IMG/VR virus record: IMGVR_UViG_3300042914_001187
Span: 1 to 46,124 of that record
DNA: 46,124 bases
Direction: 5' to 3' (one strand)
From: a virus
Taxonomy: Duplodnaviria > Caudoviricetes
Positions within the stretch are counted from its first letter, which is position 1, and the number at the start of each line of letters is the position of its first letter. Below are positions 15,879 through 24,200 of the stretch, one piece after another. Below the pieces are notes generated by a model that worked only from the letters and a program-made list of their open reading frames with translations, did not search any database and was not told the DNA's origin. A program made the position numbers and the translations under genes.

Positions 15879-16132
15879 TGAACGACCCGTTTGACTGGAA
15901 AAACTACACCCCAAAAATCAGTATGCGTGACTTGGAGAAGGCACGGCGCAACTCATACCAGATGACCCGCCATGTAAACGAGCAACGCAAGAAGGGTATT
16001 GAGCCAAGCGCCCCGTACAGCGACCGCACAGCACCATACCTGAGCGCAGAGCCCAAAGACATGGTGGTCGAGATGCCGGTTATGCCGGTACACAAGAAGA
16101 CATTGGAGCGACACGCAAGGGAGAAGAAATGA
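15878..16132 (+). CDS. Hypothetical protein
   Basis: GGAGG SD; TGATG overlap. Confidence 0.6.
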   Translation: MNDPFDWKNYTPKISMRDLEKARRNSYQMTRHVNEQRKKGIEPSAPYSDRTAPYLSAEPKDMVVEMPVMPVHKKTLERHAREKK

Positions 16133-16515
16133 CCCTCATTGAAGCCGCAAAGCAGGCGCTGGAGGCGCTGTATATGGCAAATACTCGTGAGTGGCCTGAA
16201 AACAAAATTGGCGCGGCCATAAACGCGTTGAGCGCCACCATCGAGCAGGCTGAGAAGCAAGAGCCGGTGGCGCGGCTTGGCTTAGAACCAAGCGACATGC
16301 CTGATGGCGATGACCCCATGTATGACCATGATTTCTTCATTAAGGGCATGGTGTGGGCCGATGCCATGCTGTGTAAAAAGAACGCCATTCCACCCGCAGC
16401 ACAGTGGGTCGGGCTGACGGAGAAAGACTTCTCGGCGATTAACCAATCCTGCCTGACCAAACTTCAGGCCGCGACAAGCGCCGAGTCAATCCTCAAGGAG
16501 AAAAATCATGGCTAA
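16129..16515 (+). CDS. Hypothetical phage protein (EAAKQALEAL...QEPV...WVGLT)
   Basis: ATGA overlap; mosaic-type phage motifs. Confidence 0.65.
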   Translation: MTLIEAAKQALEALYMANTREWPENKIGAAINALSATIEQAEKQEPVARLGLEPSDMPDGDDPMYDHDFFIKGMVWADAMLCKKNAIPPAAQWVGLTEKDFSAINQSCLTKLQAATSAESILKEKNHG

Positions 16516-16708
16516 AGACACAGGAGGGTACGCCTTCCCGCACACCAACCATCACGGACACAAACTAGAAGGCATGACGCTGCGCGACTACTTCGCGGCG
16601 AAAGCGATGCAGGGGTTTATCCCTGACGGTGGCACGAACGTGCAAGAGATTGCTCAGGCGGCGTACATCGTGGCTGATGCCATGCTCAAGACAAGGGGGC
16701 AAGCATGA
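16508..16708 (+). CDS. Small phage protein (GMTLRDYFAAKAMQG family)
   Basis: Recognisable family motif; AAGGAG SD. Confidence 0.75.
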   Translation: MAKDTGGYAFPHTNHHGHKLEGMTLRDYFAAKAMQGFIPDGGTNVQEIAQAAYIVADAMLKTRGQA

Positions 16709-16908
16709 CCAAAGATGACGACGACACCATGTGCTACCGTTCAGAGCTTGAGGCGGCGGTGAAAGCGGCCGTTGAAGCCGAGCGCGAGGCGTGTGCGAAG
16801 GTGGCCGAAAACAGAATGCTGTTGGACGCATCTGCAAAAGAAAACGTGGCACACCATACTGCCTGCAAGAACATTGCCGCTGATATCCGAGCAAGGGGGC
16901 AAGCATGA
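16705..16908 (+). CDS. Small phage protein (EREACAK...IRARG)
   Basis: ATGA overlap. Confidence 0.7.
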   Translation: MTKDDDDTMCYRSELEAAVKAAVEAEREACAKVAENRMLLDASAKENVAHHTACKNIAADIRARGQA

Positions 16909-17051
16909 AGAGAATTCTTTGCTGGATTTTTGGACACCGCAACACCATCAGTTGCGTGGTTGATGGGAAAGTTACGCACGACAGGTGCGAACGATGCGGC
17001 GCTGATCTGCCCATTGCATACCCGCACCATCGAGCAAGGGGGCAAGTATGA
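16905..17051 (+). CDS. DUF1660-like Zn-binding protein (48 aa)
   Basis: Hand-translated: LCWIFGH...RCERCG. Confidence 0.65.
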   Translation: MKRILCWIFGHRNTISCVVDGKVTHDRCERCGADLPIAYPHHRARGQV

Positions 17052-17224
17052 CTGAAGACGTAGCCAAGATGGCACGGGAGGCTGGGGTTCTGACGGGGTA
17101 TAACTCTGATCTGTTTAAACGCTTTGCAGCCATCGTTGCTGCACGATGCGCTGAGATCGCTTACGAAGCCGAGCCGTTTCATTCTGCGGACCTGATCCGC
17201 AAAGCCTTTGGAGTGGAGGAATGA
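17048..17224 (+). CDS. Small hypothetical protein (58 aa)
   Basis: Hand-translated: MAREAG...KRFAAIV...FGVEE; ATGA overlaps at both ends. Confidence 0.65.
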   Translation: MTEDVAKMAREAGVLTGYNSDLFKRFAAIVAARCAEIAYEAEPFHSADLIRKAFGVEE

Positions 17225-17316
17225 ATCACTGGGAATACGCCATCTTCACTGCCGTGTTCATCATGGTCTGTTACATGTTTGCTGAGTCCCTGTTCTGGTG
17301 GCTCAGTTTTTACTGA
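17221..17316 (+). CDS. Single-TM peptide (31 aa)
   Basis: GGAGG SD; hydrophobic. Confidence 0.5.
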   Translation: MNHWEYAIFTAVFIMVCYMFAESLFWWLSFY

Positions 17317-17331
17317 ACGTGGATGTGTTGA

Positions 17332-17604
17332 ATGACCCAGAACAGTCAATACGACATCAGCCGCACCAGACGGATGCTGGCTGCATCGCTTCGCATGAAG
17401 GGGTTTAGCTACAACAAGATTGGCAAAATCTTTGGCATAAGCCATGAACGCGCCAGACAGATTATTTGGAAACACGATCAAGAGGCTCTTGAAGCCATTA
17501 GGGCTGAAAACCGAACAGCAAACAGTCCGTTATTTAAACATGAGCTTATTGCGCTTCAAAAAGTTCAGGACTGGTTACATTTTTTAACGGAGACACCAAA
17601 ATGA
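17332..17604 (+). CDS. sigma70 region-4-like HTH protein
   Basis: GFSYNKIGKIFGISHERARQI. Confidence 0.7.
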   Translation: MTQNSQYDISRTRRMLAASLRMKGFSYNKIGKIFGISHERARQIIWKHDQEALEAIRAENRTANSPLFKHELIALQKVQDWLHFLTETPK

Positions 17605-17963
17605 TTGACTTCATCTCAACCCACCCAAACGCTGACTCTCAGACTATTGCCTGCGCCAGATTGCTGGCCGCCGTCATTGCTCAAGCCATTGAAGACGCCT
17701 CAAACAAGGACGGTCGGTCTGGCGATGCCTCATCCGCCACGGCCTGGATTTTTGAAGAAGGCAGCGCCTTTGAGCAATATGCCAACCTGATTGGCGCTAA
17801 CCCAAAAGCTTTGCGGGCGGCTCTTATTGCGCCATCAGAACCGGGTCAGTTCACCCCCAAGAACAGCCGGTTCGACGAAAGCAAACGCCGGACATTGCGT
17901 TTAAACCATATCCAATGGCTCAAGCGGAAAGAGTTGGCCAGACAAATGGCAGATAAACAATGA
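17601..17963 (+). CDS. Hypothetical phage protein
   Basis: LLAAVIAQAIEDA...AWI pattern; GGAG SD. Confidence 0.65.
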   Translation: MIDFISTHPNADSQTIACARLLAAVIAQAIEDASNKDGRSGDASSATAWIFEEGSAFEQYANLIGANPKALRAALIAPSEPGQFTPKNSRFDESKRRTLRLNHIQWLKRKELARQMADKQ

Positions 17964-18250
17964 TGTACCGCAGCAAGAAACTGCTGGAGGCTGTGCGGGA
18001 GGCACCCTGTATGCACTGCGGGGCTCAGGATGGAACCATCTGCGCGGCCCATTCCAACCAGTTGCGGGACGGAAAAGGCAGAAGCCTGAAGGCCCACGAC
18101 TACAGGATAGCGGCCTTGTGCCACCTCTGCCACTTCCAGATTGACCAAGGTTTCCTGTGGAACAAGGAACAGAAGCGCGACATCTGGGATGAGGCCCATC
18201 GAAAAACCATTGGCTGGCTCTTCGATCAGGGCATCATTTCAATTCGCTGA
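17960..18250 (+). CDS. DUF1364/DUF968-like His-Cys nuclease
   Basis: PCMHCG...AAHSN...GKG..LKAHD...ALCHLCH. Confidence 0.75.
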   Translation: MMYRSKKLLEAVREAPCMHCGAQDGTICAAHSNQLRDGKGRSLKAHDYRIAALCHLCHFQIDQGFLWNKEQKRDIWDEAHRKTIGWLFDQGIISIR

Positions 18251-21200
18251 CGGCCTTCTTGACTGACTTGATGTTGGCGGTCAGGTTGTTTTCCATCCTG
18301 CCCAGGTCAACCAACAGGTCGCGCTTTTCATCAGATTCCATGTCAGAAGAGTTGATCGTGCGGCGCATCTCACGCAAGTCTTTCATGCTCTTCTCGATGT
18401 CTCTGACGTAGTCTTTGACCGCAAGAAGACCAATGTTGTCTTCAAGGTACTTGGAAAACTCTTCTGGTCTGGCGGTCTTCTCCAGCAGGCTCATGGTTCT
18501 GACGACAGTATCCACCGACCGCTGCAACTCATAGAACTGCGTGACGGAGCCCCGGGCCTCTGGGTCAAGGGCGAACCGTTTAACCACCGGCAACTGCTCA
18601 AACCGCAGGGATGCCTTGGGCACATCTGAAAACTCACTGGAGACGGCGTCGATCACATCTGTGACGTAGCCGCCAATCGTTCCCGTGTAGCCCTTGATAA
18701 GTTGATCCACCTTCAGCGGCGACAGGTTCAGCAGCCCACCAATGTACTCGGCGGTCTTTGATGTGCCGGGGCCGACTTGGAATCTGGCCTCAACCTCTTG
18801 CATACCCTGCCCGACGATAGGCCGCATGGTGAAGAAGTTGAAGTTCGTCGCCACCTCAACGATTGGTTTAAACGTTTGAGGGATTGGGTTGAAGGCGAAT
18901 GTGTTGGCCAGAGCCCGCAGGGTGGACATGCCAAGGTCTTTGCCGGTGTCGTTGCCCATGAAATAAGCAATGATCCGTTCAGGCATGGTCTTGAACAGGG
19001 TTCCAACCTCAAATGGGATGGGCACCCGGATGCCAACACTGGTGAAAATCCAGTTGTTGTCTTTGGTTTCCTCTTCCTGCTTCTGGTATTCCTCATCATC
19101 AGCCACGGACAGGTAGTACATGGACGACAGAGCCGCCATGGTCATGCCCCGAATCCAGAACCGGCGCTTGATTTCCTTTGCATCCTGGGTATTCATCTGG
19201 CCTGCCGAAGCCCGATAGAACAAGTCCAGACCCTGCAACCGGGCGTTGAAGAACGGGATCGCTGCGGTGGCGATGCGGATCAGGACGTTATTGCCCTTGC
19301 GGCTGAAGTTCATCACCTCCATGGCCCGGGAAATCGCTTCCGCCTCGTTGCCGGTCTCTTTCATGACCCGCTCATACACCGCCATGCGCGTAGCAGCGTC
19401 CGACGCGGTGGTACCCTTCTCCAACCCTTCCCACAGGGATTTAAACGGCCTGAGCAAGATGGCGTCTTTACCTGCCTTCTTGTTCAGGTCTGAACTAAGG
19501 GTTTCCCCTGACTGCTCAATGTTCTGGCTGAACTCATACCCGCCGACGACCCCGGCGTTGAACAGGGCCTGAAGGTTCTTGTCCTTTGCGGACAGGGCCT
19601 TGCCAAAGTTGACCATGGTGCCAACGATGGGGGTAATCTTCTGGCCGCTTGTGACGTACGACGACAGGGAGTCGCGCAGCAGGTTGGCCATCATGAAGCC
19701 CGGGTCCTTGGTCACCAAGTTCCTCAAGACATTGGCAGGCCCAGACAACAGCCCCATGAAGGGCAGGTCAGGCATGTTTAAGCTCTTCAGTGCATCGATA
19801 AACAGTTGATCTGACGAGCGGTAGTACACCACCTGGCCGTTTTCCAGTTGCGTGTAAACATCTATGCCGGTAGCCGGTCCAGGCAGGCGCTCCGTCTCGT
19901 TGATCTCCAGCGCCACCTTGGTGGCCCTCTGGGCCGCGATGTTCTTCATCCCGGAGTTGATCATGGACTGGGTGTTCCTGACCATGGTCTCCAGGAAATC
20001 AGCCAGAGGGGCTTCTCCACCCTTGAGTTCTTTTGGCCCCCTGACGCCAGAGATTCCACCAAACGGGTTCGGCCCGATGGTTTTGTCCAAATCCAACTGG
20101 CGATAGAACGGGATGTAGTCAGCGTACTGCGTGTAAACCTGCGCCCGCTCGCGGCTTAGAACGCCGGTCTGGACCGCGAAGTTCACGATGCCGTTGTTAA
20201 ACGCGATCAGGTCTTTCTGAACCTGAACAAACTCAGGGTGCTGGGCCTCAATCTCTTGGGCCAACTTGGCGTCTTTAGCGTTGTACAGCCGTTCTTTGCC
20301 TTCATCCAGCAGACGGCGACCGCGCTTCCAGCCAGCCCAGAACTGATACCGCTGGTAGACCTCTGGGTCACCGTACTTCGCAAGAGGAGCCAGAGCTTCT
20401 GTCAGGCCCTTGACGCTGGTGTCGATGGTGGTGAAGCCGTTACGGTAGACAGGAACCCCGCCTTGGCGGTCTCCAATGCCCATGGCGGATGCTGCAACAC
20501 CCGCTGATACATCAGACTGAAGGGCGGCAAACTCTGCGCTCTGGTCAGCCAGAAGTTCAGGGCCGCCAGCCAGACGAATCTTTTCCCGCATCCTTTGGTC
20601 AAACTTGGCCAGAGAGTCATAGCGGTTGATGAACATCTGACGCAGGCTGGTGTAGTCATTCTTGAACCCACCAATGACTCGTTCTTTAAAGCCCAACTCA
20701 ACCCGGCCCGGGGCAACTTGTTTGATCCGGTCGTTGGCCGCTTTGGACAGAGTGGGCAGGCTGAACTTGATCTCACTCTCCATGCGAGTGAACTTCTCCC
20801 GCGCCCTCTCCCGGTTGTCATAGGACAGTGGCTCAATAACAGTAGCCAACAAAAACGAACTGACCGAGTCATCGTACTGCGCATTGATAAATTTGTGCGC
20901 TATGGGCTCTGCAACCTCGGCTTCTATGTCAATGTAGATTGGGACTCTGCGATACCCTGCCTCATGAAGGGCAAGCATTCTGTGCCGACCCTCATGGCTT
21001 GTGATCTTCCATTCCCCGTTTCGCTCGACAACACTCAGGTACAAAGGCTGACTTTCTTTTTTAAGCCTTTCAGTATCCAGTGGCTCTTGCTCTTTGCGCA
21101 GACGGTCCAGCGTTTCTGGCGATGCCGTGGCTTTAACAAAGTCCATCGGGTCAACGAACGCAAGATACCCCTTGGTCTTTTTCTTAGCCGAGCTTTGTGT

Positions 21201-24200
21201 GTACATGGACTCGTTGTACAGGCGGTCAAACCGCTCTGGCGTGTAGCGAACCTTGCTCAGGCTGTACCTGACATCCTTGGTCTCAAGGTTAAACTGGCCG
21301 TCGTTGCCCGTGATGGACTTGACCTGCTGCGGTTTAAACACAGCGTAAGACATGGGGGCGGTGCGGTTGCGGCGAACCACATAGCCATCAAAGCCAAGCT
21401 TGCGAATCGTCCGCATGATGTCTGGGCGCTCAACCACCTTGGGGAAACCCTGCGCCAAGATGCCTTTCAGGCCATCAAGGATGTTCTCAACATTGACGGT
21501 GGGTGCGCCGCCAATCTGCTTGTTTATCTGCTTGGCTACGTCACCAATCTGGCGGTCCATCGTCTCCGTGTAGTCATAGGCATCCATGACCTGCTGGACA
21601 TGCTCTTTGTTCCTGAAGTCGAACGGCGTCATGGCGCGGGCGTACAGCGGCATGATCTTCATCCGCTCAGGAGACAGTGACAACAGAACGTCATCCATCT
21701 CTTTCTTGATGAGGTTGTAGCTGTCAAAGTCAGGAATGTTGCGCGTTGCATCGCGCATGAACTTCTCACCCTGAGCCTTGGTGATCCTGTCCTTTGACAC
21801 AGCCTCATCGACCGCCTGCTGGAAAAATGGCAGCTTTTCGTCCTTGTTCAGGGCCTTGTAAACCCTCTCACGCAGACGATCCTCTGCCATGCGGCCCCAC
21901 TTGGCTGACTCTTCTGCGGTGTCAGACAGGTAAATGACCCCGTCATTGAACTCAAAGAAGTTGGATGTGGTGGCGTGGAAGAACTTCTTGGCTTTGCCGT
22001 CTTCGTCAACCCACTGGCTTCCGGCGATGTACTGTTTAAACTCAGGTGTGTCGGGAACCTTGACGGCCTCTGCGGCTTCCTGAGCCTCTTTGGCAGTTGG
22101 GAATGCTACGCCCCGCAGGCTGTACCGCACATCCGGTGACTCAAGGCTGTAGGTGCCAACGTTGCCGGTGGCTGACTTGACCTGATTGGGCTGATAGACG
22201 GCAAGGTTCTTGCGCCCATGCTCTTTGACGTAAAAAGAATCAAAGCCAGCATTCTGGATGGCGTCTTGGAAATCTGCGTTCTCAATGGACTCCCAGCTAC
22301 CGGAGCGAATGTCTGCGGGGTCATAGGCGTCTTCAGTTAACTCAGCCAAGACCTTGCGAATATGGCCGGGGTTCTCGTAGTCAAACGGACGCTCTGCCCG
22401 CACGTACATGGGCATGATGTGCGGGCCGGTTGGAAGAAGATTGATGAATTCCTTTTGGATGTATTCCCGTGCCTCAGGGGTGGCATCTTTAAGGTCGCCC
22501 GTCTTCAGGCTTTCAATCATCTCTTTTCCAAGAGAGTCCTTGCCGTAATCCTTTTTAATTGCAGAGATGGCCCTCTTCACCCCGCCATCGATCTGCTCTT
22601 TGGACAGATACTTTTCGGGATTGCGAGCCACGCTTTCATAGCTGTCGGCGGCAAAACGGGTGGCAAACTCCGGGTCGTCCGTCAGGAAGATTGGTGCGCC
22701 ACGCTCAGTCTTGCGGGTGAAGTCTGTGGTGTCTTTTGCCAGCCCGTGGTACATGACCATCGGCGTACCGTCTTTGTTGACGATCTTGCTGTCACCAAGC
22801 CAGCGTTTAAATTCAGGGCTGGTGGGTGCCTTCAGGCTGAGTTTTGCTGCTTTGCCGGAAGGCTTTTCTTCGACGGCAGGCTCTGGTCGAGCTTTTTCAG
22901 CGCGTTGTACCTCTCGTCCGGCGACAGCCCCAGCGTCAGATTTTCGACCGAAGACCACAGACGGTCCTGCTCGTCCATCACCCTCACTGGCCTGCGCGAT
23001 GATTGCCTCTTCGTATCCAATGTCATCTGCTTTTACCCCGCTCAGTTTTGCGTACAAGCGTTTCTCATAGTACCAGAGAGCAGCCTGAATGTCTGCCAAC
23101 GTCAGATCAACGCCGCTCTTGCGCAGCTTGGCCTGCGCGTTACGGGCTGCCTTGTACATAAATGCGCGGTCAGAGGCTGTGAATGGGGCCTCTTCCAGCA
23201 TTTCGTACTCATTCTTGTAGATGGTGTTGGCCATCTTTTCAAGATTGTGGTCAAACAAAAGCTGCTCGTATGCATCGCCTGCGGCAGTCTCTGCTTGTTT
23301 AAACCATTCAGGCTTTGCCGCCTTGGTGCTGGGCTCCTTGCCACCAGCCAAGTATTCAAGTTCAGTGGTGAACCCAAAGTCTTTGTACTTGTTCCGCAAC
23401 GGGATTGAGGCCGCCACGACTTCATCGCGGCTTGCACTCGGTTGATCCATCATGTCGCGGAACTTGTTAATCGACGCCGTCGTGGCTTTGGGGATCAACA
23501 AACCACGCATCCGATTGATGGATCGAGTCCACCACAAGTCCATGGTCAGGTAGCCTTCTGAGCCGGACAGGTTGGCGTAGAACGCTCCAAGCTTGGGGCC
23601 GAAGTAAATGGCTGCGCGGGGGACGACCGTGTCAGCCAGATAGCTGCCGTCAGACTTCTCACCCATTTCACGCAGACGGGCGTTCATGTCTTTGACTGTG
23701 ATCTCTTCCAAGAGATGCTTTTCAAAGTCTGTGTTGTGGTCTTCCAGCAGACGCTCGATGCTGCGCAAATTGTTTTCCAGGGCGGTGGCCCGACGGTTGC
23801 CCATCGCAACCATGGGTTTGCCGTCGCGGAGTTTGGAGTACAACTCAACCGCGTTTGAAATGTTCTTGGTTACCTTTTCGCCGTTGGATGTAACGGCCAC
23901 GATGGCCGAAAACACCGAGCGGGCGTGTTGGTTATCAGCCAACTCAGGGAACCTTGCCTGCAAGCGTTTAACCGCGTTGGGGTAGTTGTTGGAGTACCAA
24001 CCCAGCCCAGTGCCGGTCTTGGCCGTCGTGCCCAATTGGTAAGACACTTCATCAGCTATCGCATCAGCAATCTTGACGACATCATCGTCGGTCAAGTTCT
24101 TACGATCCATCGCGCCATGCTTTTTCAACGTGTCGTTGTTCAGGGCACGGGCAATGTCGCGGACATTGTTGAATCTGCCGCGCTTGGCTTCAGTGTTTAA

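Noticed and set aside
20595-23408. Long + strand ORFs (361 and 348 aa) and similar ones at 27913 and 44537
   Set aside because: Antisense shadows of well-supported minus-strand genes, with no SD or recognisable motifs.
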